In this document: positions 26,091 to 38,410 of the stretch, piece by piece | Numbering within the stretch: the first letter of the stretch is position 1 | How the letters are laid out: every line of letters begins with the position of its first letter | Source of the DNA: Octopus vulgaris | Taxonomy: Eukaryota | Length of the DNA stretch: 64,000 bases | Assembly: GCA_951406725.2 (NCBI GenBank) | Contig: OX597831.1 | Location: 72,726,001 to 72,790,000, forward strand | Reading direction: 5' to 3' | Notes under the pieces: generated by a model | Databases searched by the model: none | What the model was told of the DNA's origin: nothing | The model's input: only the letters and a program-made list of their open reading frames with translations | Position numbers and translations under genes: made by a program

Positions 26091-27031
26091 TGCCAGAGCA
26101 TGTAGAGGCACACGGCCAACGATTGGTAGTGTTACTGTTTCTCGTGGAGGATGATGGGTACATGTAAGAAGGGTAACGCTACATGAAGCATGGAGCAATC
26201 TAATAAGAGATTTGTGAAAGGTTAGAGAGAAATTAGGTAAACATGATCAGCTGTACATGTAACGAAATGGAAGGTGGAGCCAAAACCAGCTGGGGTGGGT
26301 GGAGAATATTTGGTTAATGAAGACAGCAAGAAAAGATGTAGGAAGGAGAGATGACTGAGATAATATAGATATATGATAGCACCACCACTACACTGATTGC
26401 TCTGCCATATTCAGTTACAATCTTCAAGAGTTCAAATCCCACAGGAGTCGTGTTTCCCTTTCAATAAAGCAGGCAGCAGCCTAAGACCAAGATTCATTGT
26501 CAAATCATTTACACTGTTTCCCAAAATATTTGGCCATGTGCCAGTGAAACAGATCGTTACTGGGTCGGCAAAGTGCCAGGAACGGTAGAGAGCTAGAAAC
26601 AGCAGAGAAGCAGAACCAGTAGAGCAATAGACAAGATCCCTTACAGTAGATATTTAGTTCCATCATCTTTCTCTTCAAATCTTGCCCGGCTTCATCCTTC
26701 TTCTCAAGGTCAGTCAAAGTCCCAGTAATATACCAGGGATCAATCCAAACTACTTGACCCATATTGTGACCACATAATGATGTAAATTATCATCATCATT
26801 ATTTGTTGTTATTATTATTAAGGCAATGAACTGGCAGAATCTTTAGCACAGGCAAATGGCTTCGTGGTATTTTTTCTATTCTTGCATTGTGAGTTCAAAT
26901 TCATCTGAGGTCGATTTTGTCTTTCATCCTTTCAGGGTTGATAAAATAAGTACCAGTTATGTACCAGGGTCAATATAATTAACTAGCCCCCACTCCAAAA
27001 TTTCAGTCCTTGTGCCTATAGTAGAAAAAAC

Positions 27032-27080
<49 letters not shown>

Positions 27081-27086
27081 ATTATT

Positions 27087-27643
27087 GAGTTAGAGAGCAG
27101 TGCATGCCATCAAAGTGACACTGGGGTAAAACATACGAAGCCCAGTATACCCATCATGACTACCCGTCTGATAAGGGTACACCAGGAACATGCATCACAA
27201 CCATATGTGTGCAACATAGTAATCTCATATCAAGATAAACAGTACATGACCTTGCAGGTGGGGCCCAGTTAGAATTTTCTTCAGGTCAAGTAGCCCATCC
27301 TGCTCAAAAGGTCCCTGAATAAGGGTTGTTTAAGGATATTGAATGAAACACCCATGTTTCCAGAGGTGAATTATCCAAACCACAAAGAATTCTTCTCGAC
27401 ACATGGTTATGATACCCACCACTACTACTACTCTTGATCAGAGATGCACATATCGTCAGCCACGAAGGGACATGCTCAATTGGTTACGGTCAAACAACTG
27501 ACAAGCAAATCTGTGGTATCAAGCAGAATATTTGCTGTGGTCCATCTTTTATACTAAGACAAAAATTGTACATGATAGCACTTCCAGTCAGTTAAGATCA
27601 GAAGCCATGAGAGCTACTGTCTGGTACTGCATAAGGACATTTA
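27087..27643. mobile_element. ~560-bp non-coding element embedded in (ATT)n
   Basis: Complex sequence flanked on both sides by (att)n, with no ORF homology. It resembles an abundant octopus repeat (recalled, unverified). Confidence 0.5.
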
Positions 27644-27674
27644 TGATTATTATTATTATTATTGAGTGAGTGAG

Positions 27675-28012
27675 TGACCCCCTCCGGTTATGAATGACCA
27701 TGGGATTGCACCTAGAGAGTTACCCTTAGAAGCACAAGTCCAGGCAAGGTTGTTTATGGAAGACCAGTAGTCGCCCATGCATATCAGCCCCCACCCCTCT
27801 CCATGCCACTGATGTTATCCAAGGGAAAGGCAAAGGGGCCGATACAGCTTGGCATCAGTGACATCGCAACTCATTTCTGCAGCTGAGTGAACTGGAGCAA
27901 TGTGAAATAAAGTGTCTTGCTCAAGAACACAACACTCAGCCCGGTCCAGGAATTGAACTCACTACCTTGTGGTTGTGAGCCCGACGCTCAAACCACTGAG
28001 CCATGTGCCTTC
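27675..28012 (-). mobile_element. tRNA-derived SINE family 4 (family 3 head and core, different tail)
   Basis: tggctcagtggttt...gagttcaattcc and ttcttgagcaagacactttatttcac, then a tail unlike family 3. Confidence 0.75.
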
Positions 28013-28189
28013 AAGTTGTTGTTGTTGTTGTTGTTGTTGTTATTATTAAAGGTGGCAAGCTGGCAGAATCGTTAAAATACCAGGTAAAATGCTTTGTAGC
28101 ATTTTGTTCATCTTCACGTCCTAAGTTCAAATTCCACCAAGGTGGACTTTGCCTTTCATCTATTCAGGATTGCCAAAATAAGTACCAAT

Positions 28190-28550
28190 TAGAACCAAAA
28201 TCGAAGTCAATCAACATTAATGGAAATTGCAGCTGTGATACCTGTGCTGGTGGCACGTAAGCGAACCATCCGATCATGGCCGTTGCCAGCCTCGCCTGGC
28301 ACATAAAATGCACCATCCGACTGTCGCCGTTTGCCAGCCCCGTCTGGCACCTGTGCCGGTGGCATGTAAAAACCACCCACTACACTCACGGAGTGGTTGG
28401 CGTTAGGAAGGGCAGCCAGCCGTAGAAACATTGCCAGATCAGACTGGGCCTGGTGCAGCCTCCTGGCTTCCCAGACTCCAGTTGAACCGTCCAACCCATG
28501 CCAGCATGGAAAGCGGACGCTAAAGGATGATGATGATGGTGATGATGACG
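28190..28550 (+). mobile_element. RTE 3'-UTR with internal repeats and (GAT)n tail, inserted in a family 2 SINE
   Basis: ggcacgtaa..caccatccga repeats. The SINE begins at 28050 and resumes at ~28556. Confidence 0.8.
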
Positions 28551-28849
28551 ATGTGCACTGGGGGTTGATATAATCAATTTTCCCCTCCCCTCAAATTGTT
28601 GCCCCCTGAAATTGTTTCAAAATTTGAAACCATTATTATTATTATTGCTGTTCCACAAATCCTTCAGAACATTACACTTAATTTAAACCCGCACGGAAGT
28701 GATCATTCACCCCAAACAAATACCATCACCCCCCCCATCTCGAGTATTCCTCCTTTGCCCAATGTTTCACTTGTGCTTCTTCAGTGTTGCTCAGCTTAAA
28801 AAGTTTCAGTTACATTCCAACTCTTTTCATTGGCTCACACCGACAACTA

Positions 28850-29500
28850 CACACCCCTTTATACACACACACAACATAAACAACCTTTATAGGCACACAC
28901 ACATACACCCATTATACACACACCAACATGCACATATATATATATATATATATACACACTACATAAACATTATTTATATGCACATACACATACACCCATT
29001 ATACACACACAAACATGCATATTTATAAATATATATACACACACACTACATAAACACCCTTTATATGCACATACATACACCCATTATACACACACCATGC
29101 ATATATATATATACACACATACACAGCCTTAATACACACACACTACATAAACACCTATTATAGGCACATACACATACACCCATCATACACACACCAACAT
29201 GCACATATATATATATACACACACACATACACAGCCTTAATACACACACGTTACATAAACACCCTTTATAGACACATACACATACTATACACACACCAAC
29301 ATGCATATATATATATACACACACACATACACATATACAGCCTTAATACAAACACCCTTTATAGGCACATACACATACACCCATCATACACACACCAACA
29401 TGCACATATATATATACACACACACACATATATACAGCCTTAATACACACACGCTACATAAACACCTATTATAGGCACATACACCCATTACACACACACA
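28850..29500. repeat. Compound CA/TA-rich minisatellite
   Basis: Recurrent cataaacacc..ttata.gcacatac and cagccttaatacac units. Confidence 0.8.
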
Positions 29501-29718
29501 CACACACAGAGTTAGTGAAACTGTTTCTATTTTTCAACAGAAACATTATTTAATGGAGTAAAGTTACAACCACCTCCTACCTTCAACATTTATCTTCTCT
29601 CTCTCTCTCTCTCTCCCTCATTTCCTCTGCCTACCACTCATCTTTTATTTACTCCTCCTCCTCTCTCAGCATCTTTAACATACTAGACTACAACACCTTA
29701 CGGAAATACAAGAGGAAG

Positions 29719-29764
<46 letters not shown>

Positions 29765-30195
29765 GTGCATATATGTGTGTGTCTGTACATTACACACATG
29801 CGTACACATGCACTCTCAAATACTCATACACAAACACACACACATATTCAAATGCACACACACGATTGCATGCATGCATGCACACGCTAACATGCACGCT
29901 TGCACATATTTGCATGCACACAGTCATACAACAGACAGGTACAAATAGAAATGTGCATGCACGTGCATGCGTGGCTACGCACCCACACAGGTGTACACAC
30001 ACACATTCATGCACACATACTGAGATGCACACGCATGCACACACACAGGCATGCATACACATGCATGTGTACATGTGCACCTATATACATGCAAGATCAC
30101 AAAGAAAAACATTCAAGTTCCAAATAAACAAACACAGCTGCACATTTTTATATGCAAAGTAGAAGGTAGCAAGATCAAGGCCTGGCCAGGAAGTG

Positions 30196-30234
<39 letters not shown>

Positions 30235-30237
<3 letters not shown>

Positions 30238-30651
30238 TAGTTTTATTTTTATAGCGTGCTTTCACTTCACTACCGAGCACAGCTCTGTGTGCCTTGGGTA
30301 TGTGCTGTGATTTTTTGTGATGCTCTGATGGTTACTGTATTGAAAGTGTTTTGCGTAGGATGTGTGCAGTGCCTAGTAGTGCAATTTTCTGTATGTTATA
30401 TGTGTTTGTAAGTCCTGGTGTTTTTGTTATGCATTTGTCTGAATGTTTTTTTTATCATTCCTAATGCATCTGCTATGATAGGAATTGTTTCTGTTTTTAG
30501 ATTCCACATTCTGGTTAGCTCTATTTCCAGGTCTTTGTATTTTGAAAGTTTCTCCATTTCTTTTAGAGACACGTTGTCATCTGCTGGTATTGATACATCA
30601 ATTAAAAAGCATTTTTTTTCTTCATGATCTCTGACAACTATATCTGGTCTG

Positions 30652-30653
<2 letters not shown>
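30235..30653 (-). mobile_element. 5'-truncated R4/Dong-clade LINE (restriction-like endonuclease domain + 3' UTR) in (TAA)n
   Basis: NRPDIVVRDHEEKKCFLIDVSIPADDNVSLKEMEKLSKYKDLEIELTRMWNLKTETIPIIADALG-(frameshift)-..IQKIALLGTAHILRKTLSIQ*. TAA microsatellite on both sides. Confidence 0.88.
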
Positions 30654-30717
<64 letters not shown>

Positions 30718-31289
30718 ACTATAATTTAATATATTCTATATTTCTAAGGTGGCAAGCTGGCAGAAATGTTAGCACACTGAGCAAAATGCTGTGCATCATT
30801 TTGTCTGTCTTTACGTTTTGAGTTCAAATCCTACAAAGATTGACTTTGACTTTTCTCCTTTCAGGGTCGGTAAAATGAGTACCAGTTGAGTACTGGGGTC
30901 AATGTAATTGACTCACTCTCATCCCCAAACTTGCTGGCCTTATGCCAAAATTTGAAACCATTATTATTAAGGTGGTAAGCCGGCAGAATCGTTAGCAAGC
31001 CGGGCAGAAAGTGTGTCATGGAGATATTTCAGTGATATTTTACTGATTAACTAAGTCCAACAGTGTTTGTCATGAGCCAATGACAAACTTAGTAAGTGGA
31101 CACTTGGATATGGTAGCCAAATGTCCCTCAAACCACACCATGACATCATGAAAATGAAAGAGAATATATTGGATAATGTACTCCGAGGTAGCCCTAAAAA
31201 GATGGAATGGTCATGGTTGGGAGTGCTTTCATCAAAAGTCTGTTGACTTTTTATTAGGGTTGATCTGGGGCTAAACCATGGCTACCTCT

Positions 31290-31690
31290 CCTTAACATCT
31301 ATTTCACTAAATGAAACCAATCCATGCAAAACTATCTCTGGTTCCTTGATGCAAATACCCTGTTTTCAAGAAATTTAAACAAAAATATTCCACCAAAATT
31401 TCATGTTATGTTCCAACTTAATACTGATATTTTACTAAATTCTTCATTATTATCAAAATTAATTGAAATAAAGAAAATGTATTTCATCAGAAAAAAGGGT
31501 CACAGTAATTAAAATTAAAAACAGGTTAGAGTAATCAAAATGAAAAGCTTACATCAAAATTTTGTGTAAATTTATGCTTCAAACACTGTCTTAGTAATAA
31601 CAGTAATTTAATTAAAATCATTGTTTTCAAAAATTAATTGTAACAAAGGCTGTGTATCTGAAGAGAAATATGGTAACAAAAGGGTTAAAG
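31290..31690. mobile_element. Tandem partial piggyBac-like MITE copies
   Basis: Ends ggtaacaaaagggttaa. Same family as 58184-58411 and 20790-20962. Confidence 0.6.
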
Positions 31691-32102
31691 TGATCCTTCC
31701 CTTCTGACTGTAAGATGAAAAATGGTGGAAGGTAAGGTAATAATATTCTAATCTACAAGGCAACATACACGTCAAGACTTGTTACTTAAATAATGATTTC
31801 TAGTTCAAAACCAGCTGAAGATGATGTACCTATATGCCTAGAAACAAAAAACCTAATGATGACGATGATGACTGGCAATCCAACTCACTGAGATGCATTC
31901 GAGATGGAAATAGGTTAGTTGTCTAAAAAAATGATGATATTAACTGTTTTCCTGTTTTAAGAATGATGTCAACAACATCAACATCAAAAAGATGCGGCTT
32001 TCAAGTGTCTTCTGCCATAGCCTCAGGCCAACCAAAGCCTTGAGAGTGGATTTGGTAGACAGAAAATGTAAGAAGCCCATTGTATATATATATATAAATA
32101 TA

Positions 32103-32484
32103 CTGGCTTAAGGTGACCCGCTCTACGCGCAGGTGAGGGTGTGGTTGTTACTTTCTGTTGCTTCCTTTCTGTTTCTTATCACCACATTCTCCCTCTTTGT
32201 TTCTCTCTCCTTTCTCTCTCACTTTCCCACTCTCTTACTCTTCATTTCTCTCGAACTTTCCCTCGCTTTCTCTTACTCTCTATCTTTCTCTATCTATCTC
32301 TCTCCCATTTATAAACAACAAAAGATCTTGAGTAAGTTGAGAAAGAAAATATTTTTACGCTTTTTAAATCCTTCGTCGTTTTTCTCATTCACTCATTATT
32401 ACTTTCTCCCTTCCTTTCACTTTCTCTCTATAACGTCATTTGGCAGCGTCTACTATCTTTCCTCCGCCGCCTTCGCCAGCGCTG

Positions 32485-32526
<42 letters not shown>

Positions 32527-32982
32527 GTCTGCATTCATAGACAGTATTATCATCACCACCACCACCACCACCACAATCATGAGAATCTTTCTCTTTATAT
32601 ATAGATAGAGAGAGAGAGGGGGAGAGAGAAAGTAATACTGAGTAAATGAGAATAACGACGAAGGGTTTAAAAAGCGTAAAAATATTGAAGGCAGTGGAGG
32701 AAAGATATTAGATGCTATCAGAATGTGAAAGGAAGGGAGGAAAGAGAGAGATGGAGGAAGACAGGCAGATAATAGAATGAGAGGAGACTTGTCAAAATGT
32801 GCGTTTTTTTGCCCTAGTAACCACACCTTTTAAGATAAGGATTTCTAACCTAGCCCACTCTCATCCTCACCTCATTTTACATGTCCCTGTAAATTTTGGA
32901 GTCAATCCAACGGGATCTAGTGGCCTTTAACCCGTTCCAATGCCAAAATGAGACAAACTTTTCGCATTTCAGATTTATAGAT
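32103..32982 (-). mobile_element. Probable Helitron-like non-autonomous element with internal inverted repeat
   Basis: Flanked by (TA)n, with a GC hairpin-like acccgctctacgcgcaggt near 32115. Internal IR ~32348-32410 versus ~32625-32687. Confidence 0.45.
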
Positions 32983-32986
32983 ATAC

Positions 32987-33041
<55 letters not shown>

Positions 33042-33527
33042 GATATATTTATGTGTGTGTGTGTTTGTGTTTGTCCCACCCCACCATCGCTTGACAACTG
33101 ATGTTGGTGTGTTTACATCCCTGTAACTTAGCAGTTCGGCAGAAAAAAATGATAGAATAAGCACCAGGCTTACGAAGAATAAATCCAGGATTCGATTTCT
33201 TCGACTAAAAGTTGGTGCTCCAGCATGGCCACAGTCAAATGACTTGAAACAAGCAAAAGAGAGTGAAAGAATGTATGTACATACAGCTAGGGTTTGTAGC
33301 CCTGCAAATTGCATGGCAACCTCAATAGTGTAGATAGCATAGAAAATAGGGAGTCAGCCCATACTAAAAAGGGACTGGCATGCGGAAGGGCATCCAACCA
33401 AAGAAATCCTGCCAGAGCAGACATTTTGAGCTTGATACAGTCGTTGGATGTATTGGTGCCTGTCAAAGCACCCAACCCATGCCAGCATGGATGTTAAACG
33501 ATGATGATGATGATATATATATATATA

Positions 33528-33737
33528 TAGTTAATCCAAACAAGAAAGCACAAAAAAACACAACGCGAGGATGTGGAACAAATATAGTATTATTGGACAC
33601 TCAGGAAAGAAGGAAAGAAGGCGGGTTTAACGTTTTGAGCGGAGCTCTTCGTCAGAAACATAGGAGAAGGAAAGATCCAGAGAAGGGAAGACAGAGGAAA
33701 AAAAATTGCCAACGGTACATACGAGGTCACATTTTTG
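33528..33737 (-). mobile_element. Penelope-like terminal fragment in (TA)n
   Basis: Shorter copy at 20403-20470; carries a hammerhead motif. Confidence 0.6.
33625..33659 (-). ncRNA. Minimal type I hammerhead motif, G12A variant
   Basis: gttt-CTGACGA-a-gagc-tcc-gctc-AAAA-cg-TT-aaac. Confidence 0.6.
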
Positions 33738-33738
33738 T

Positions 33739-33774
<36 letters not shown>

Positions 33775-33876
33775 ATATATATATATGAGACAGAGATAAT
33801 GAATATAGACACATAGATAATATACAAATGGGCATATTTTTCTCATGCTTACATACACACACATACATATGATTAA

Positions 33877-33907
<31 letters not shown>

Positions 33908-34923
33908 TCCTGATATTTTATAAACCGACCAGGTACACATTCAGAATTTTCTTGAAAATTTTTTCCATTTCATTTACCACACCTGAAAAATTTTTCCTGT
34001 TTACCACCACCACCACCACCACCAACTCCACCGCCATACTACTACTATTACTACTACTACTACTACTACAATAATAATAATAATAATGTGTGTGTGTGTG
34101 TGTGTGCATGCACACGTGTGGATATGTTACACATCAGATGGCTAACAGGAAAAGTTTTGAAAACCCAGCAACCGTTTAGTCAAGTTCTGTTGATGCTTAA
34201 AGCATAAAGAAGAAAATAAATTACCAGCTTTCTTTCTCTCTCTCTCTCTTCCTCTCTATTTATCTATCTCTCCTCCACTACCCCCCCTCCATACACACAT
34301 GCATGAAAGAAATCAATAAAAACCAAGATGTATGAAGAAAGTGAGAAAGAGAGAAAGAGGAAAACAAGATTTGTAATTTCAAACCAATGAAAGGAACTCA
34401 ACACATTTACTCAACCAGCTAGAAAGAGCAGCCAAATCTGCTCCAGCATTGCTAGGGAACAAGATGGAAATCAGTAAAAAAGAAAAAGACTCCTCTCTCT
34501 TTCTTTCTCTTAATCATTCTTCTGTTAATCACTTTCTTGACTGTAATATTTACAAGAGAATCAAGCATCAATTAGACAGCTTGGTAGAAATCAGGGTGTC
34601 CAAATGTGTATTTATTTGGTTCCATGCAACTTAAAGTTTCACTGGCTTCTAAGAGAAACCTGGCTCATTCAGGCTTGGATTACACCAAATGGAGAAATAA
34701 AGACACGTACTAGGAAATGAGCAGTTATTGGTCAAGGTTGACCACATGGTGTTGTTAGAGGCGAGACTAGCATTTCAGCAACACTAGATGCATTAGAAAA
34801 GAGAATTTTCTAAGGCCACGTGGCTGGACAGGGACCTGGTGGACCCTTGGTATCTGACGAAGATGTGTGTGTGTGTGAGGAAGTGGGGAGGAGACAATGT
34901 ATATATATATATATGTGTTTATA

Positions 34924-35154
34924 GGGCGGCAAGCTGGCAGAAACGTTAGCATGCCGGGCGAAATGCGCAGCCGTATTTCGTCTGTTGTTACGTTCTGAGT
35001 TCAAATTCCGCCGAGGTTGACTTTGCCTTTCATCCTTTCGGGGTCGATAAATAAAGTACCAGCTACGCACTGGGGTCGATATAATCGACTTCATCCCTTT
35101 GTCTGTCCTTGTTTGTCCCCTCTATGTTTAGCCCCTTGTGGGTAGTAAAGAAAT
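34924..35154 (+). mobile_element. SINE family 2 (tail B), full length
   Basis: ggcggcaagctggcagaaacgttagc ... gagttcaaattcc ... gccccttgtgggtagtaaagaaat. Confidence 0.9.
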
Positions 35155-35704
35155 GTATATACATGTGTTTGTGGTGTGTATATGTATGTACACACACATA
35201 CACACACATGGTTCCCTATTCTAAATAGTGACACAAAACTTCGAGAAGGAAACATTGGTGTTAATTTCTCGATCTGTGCAGAATCGTAGTCGATCTTATA
35301 TGGACTGATTATTATGCATAATTAATAAATTGTGTTAATTTATATTACCAATGTATATCCGACACACACGTAAGCTGATTAAAAATATATAATTCTCCAT
35401 TCTTTTGTGTTTTTTCTATAACCTGTGACCTTATATGGAATTTATTCAGCAAACGAACTTTGGATTCACAAATAGGACAGGTAGCAGAATGCAAATTTAC
35501 AGAGTATGTGGATAGCACTTTCACCAGTCGATTTGGTTAGCCAAGGGTGCTTAAAAAGCATTTACCTGCATTTTTAATCCCTTTTTCTCTTTTGTGTATA
35601 TGTGTTATATTTTACAGATAAGAAAGTAAATTTCAAATGCAGTACAGCTGTGAAAACAGCAGAGAAAGATTGGGTATTCACCCTTAGAAAATGGAAAAAA
35701 GTTG

Positions 35705-35916
35705 TGTTTGTGTGTCTGTGTTTGTCCCCCTAGCATTGCCTGACAACCGATGATGGTGTGTTTACATCCCCGTTACTTAGCGGTTCGGCAAAAGAGACCA
35801 ATAGAATAAGTACTGGGCTTACAAAGAATAAGTCCCAGGGTTGATTTGCTCGACTAAAAGCGGTGCTCCAGCATGGCCGCAGTCAAATGACTAAAACAAG
35901 TAAAAGAGTAAAGAGT
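35705..35916 (+). mobile_element. SINE family 1, 3' half
   Basis: Tail identical to other copies. Confidence 0.85.
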
Positions 35917-35954
35917 AGGCAGCTGAGTGCTCTAACCATTAAGTTGTCAGGGAC

Positions 35955-36022
35955 CGTTTAGCTTAATGGTTAGAACACTCAGCTGGTATTTGTGGGGTAC
36001 AGGGTTCGACTCCCCATAGCCA
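35955..36022 (+). pseudogene. tRNA-like sequence (pseudo-tRNA or SINE head)
   Basis: A-box tagcttaatggttag and B-box ggttcgactcc; the anticodon arm pairs poorly. Confidence 0.5.
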
Positions 36023-36259
36023 CTTGCTGGCAACTTTTTTCTGTCTTCTAAGAGGGAATACTAATCTTTCTCTACTGTTTTCATAGCTTTACTGTCTGAA
36101 AATACCAACACATTCAACACTTCCAAAGTATATATACATACATATATATATATATATACACACACACACATATATATATATACACACTGCTGTATATATA
36201 TATATATATGTGTGTGTGTGTGGTTACAAAGGGCCTCTTGCTCAGAGTAAAAGGTAGAC

Positions 36260-37200
36260 TGTATGACACGTGTATGAACAGCCATGCTAAATGCCAGTGT
36301 AACATGGGCCATGACTGCTGAGGACATGTGTAAGCTTGCAAGGAACAAAACCAGTATGCTCCGCTGGTTGTGTAATGTCAGTGTGCATACTCGACAGAGT
36401 GTAAGTACCTTGAGAGAAAAGTTGGACCTAAGAAGCATCAGATGTAGTGTGCAAGAGAGACGACTGCGCTGGTATGGTCATGTGGCAAGAATGGATGAGG
36501 ATAGGTGTGTTAAAAAGTGTCACACCCTAGCAGTTGAGGGAACCTGTGGAAGAGGTAGACCCAGGAAGACCTGGGAGGAGGTGGTGAAGCACAACCTTCG
36601 AACATTAGGCCTCACTGAGACCGACACCTTTGGAAATATGCTGTGCTTGAGAAGACCCTGCAAGCCAAGTAAGACCATAACCCGTGGACTATGCCAGGGG
36701 TGTAACCAGTCCACTTAGGTGTAACTTTCCTTCATTGGACGTTAAACTTTGCTTGTGAAGACCTGTTGAGGCAAGTGAAATTAAAGCGATGACAGCACCG
36801 CATGACTGGTATCCGTGCTAGTGGAGCACTAAGAGCATCATCTGAGCATGATCATTGCCAAGGCTACTGACTGGCCCCCATGCCAGTGGCACATAAAAAG
36901 CATTCTTGTCAGCACCACATTCTGGAACTTGTGCTGGTGCCATGTTAAAAGTACTCATGTTGGCACCTCATATTAAGGCACTTGTGCTGGTGCCACATAA
37001 GAGCACCTGTGCCACTTTTACAAAACACCCTGGACACACACACACACACTCTGTAAAGAGTGACCAGTATTAGGAATGCATCGAACTGTAGAAACCATGC
37101 TGAAGCAGACAAATGGAGCGTGGGCAGCTCTTCAGTTGACCAGCTCCAGCGAAACTGTCCAACCCATGCCAGGTTCGAAAATGGACATTAAATGACGATG
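36260..37200 (+). mobile_element. 5'-truncated RTE-clade LINE (ORF C-terminus and 3' UTR)
   Basis: SMLRWLCNVS..LREKLDLRSI...ERRLRWYGHVARMDEDRCVKKC..VEGTCGRGRPRKTWEEVVKHNL; UTR repeats and tail to ~37200. Confidence 0.9.
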
Positions 37201-37509
37201 TCGAGGAATTCCCTTTGACACAATTTATGCAAATCCTTAATCCAGTCTACAACTGCAGCTGCAATAATAAACAGCTGTAGATTTATTGCAGTCTGTTGTG
37301 GATTAACTTTAAGTAAATAATCCTTTAATGCACGGGGAAGGCCTTGGGGCAGCCCAGGGCTTGAGTAGAAGACACTTGCCCAATGTGCTGCACAGCAGGA
37401 CTGAATCTGAAATCATATGGCTGGGAAGCAAACTTCTTAATCATACAGTCATGTCAGCACCTGTGTGTGTGTGCGCGTGTGTGCATGCATAAGTATATGT
37501 ATGTATACA

Positions 37510-38242
37510 CAGGGTGCGATGGGTAAATTGATGCCATTTTATATTTTTCATTTCACACATGCGCATGGTTTATTTTTGACTAGTGGTCACACCAAATACC
37601 ATGATTTCGAGTGTAATTGGTATAAATGAATGGTTTGCTCCACAAATTTCAGAACATTGTCCATAATATAATCCAGGTCGATTGGAATAAAGGTATTTGG
37701 TGTGACCACTAGTGATGTCAATGCTATGCCTCCGTTCCTCTTCCCACATGGCCTCACATTCAACACGGAGGCCTACATCAAGTGCCTGGAGGATGTAGAG
37801 CTGCCCTGGATCAAGAGGGTGGCTGCTGGAAGACCCTATGTTTGGCAACAGTATTCTGCACCACACCACACAAGCAGGAGATGTCAGACAATTTCTGCAA
37901 CCACATCACCCCTAACATCAGGCCACCTAACTCCCGAGACTGCAAACCCCTTGATTATTATGTGTGGGTCACAGTTGAGCGAGAGACCAACAAAACTCCT
38001 TGTAACACCAATGATGAAGGCAAGGATCATAGCAGCATTGACCAACTTAAACAAGGAGACAATCCAGAAGAGTTCCAGGAGATTCCAAAGTCATCTGGAG
38101 GCCATGGTTGAAGCCAATGGCGATTTTATTGAATAAATTTACTCTTTGTTATTTCAAGATATTTTATGTAATTTTGGTAAATATATCTACTAAAATGAGA
38201 TCCGAGTGTTATTTTCGACGACAGTTTATTCACTGCACCCTG
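37510..38242 (+). mobile_element. Internally deleted DD37D-family (maT) Tc1/mariner element
   Basis: TIRs cagggtgc (37510) and gcaccctg|TA (38242). C-terminal transposase remnant 37702-38136 is homologous to 15220-15645. Confidence 0.88.
37603..37691 (-). pseudogene. cox2: Mitochondrial cytochrome c oxidase subunit II fragment (NUMT)
   Basis: [22 protein letters not shown](ATA)PITLEI contains the CuA motif [12 protein letters not shown]. The conserved Met is encoded by ATA, which fits the mitochondrial code. Confidence 0.92.
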
Positions 38243-38258
38243 TATGTATGTGTGTATA

Positions 38259-38305
<47 letters not shown>

Positions 38306-38349
38306 GCATGTATTTATATGTACACATGCATACATGTATTTGTACTAGC

Positions 38350-38410
<61 letters not shown>

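Noticed and set aside
37570-37869. 99-aa ORF as a functional cox2 gene
   Set aside because: Only ~29 codons are COX2; the rest is transposon sequence.
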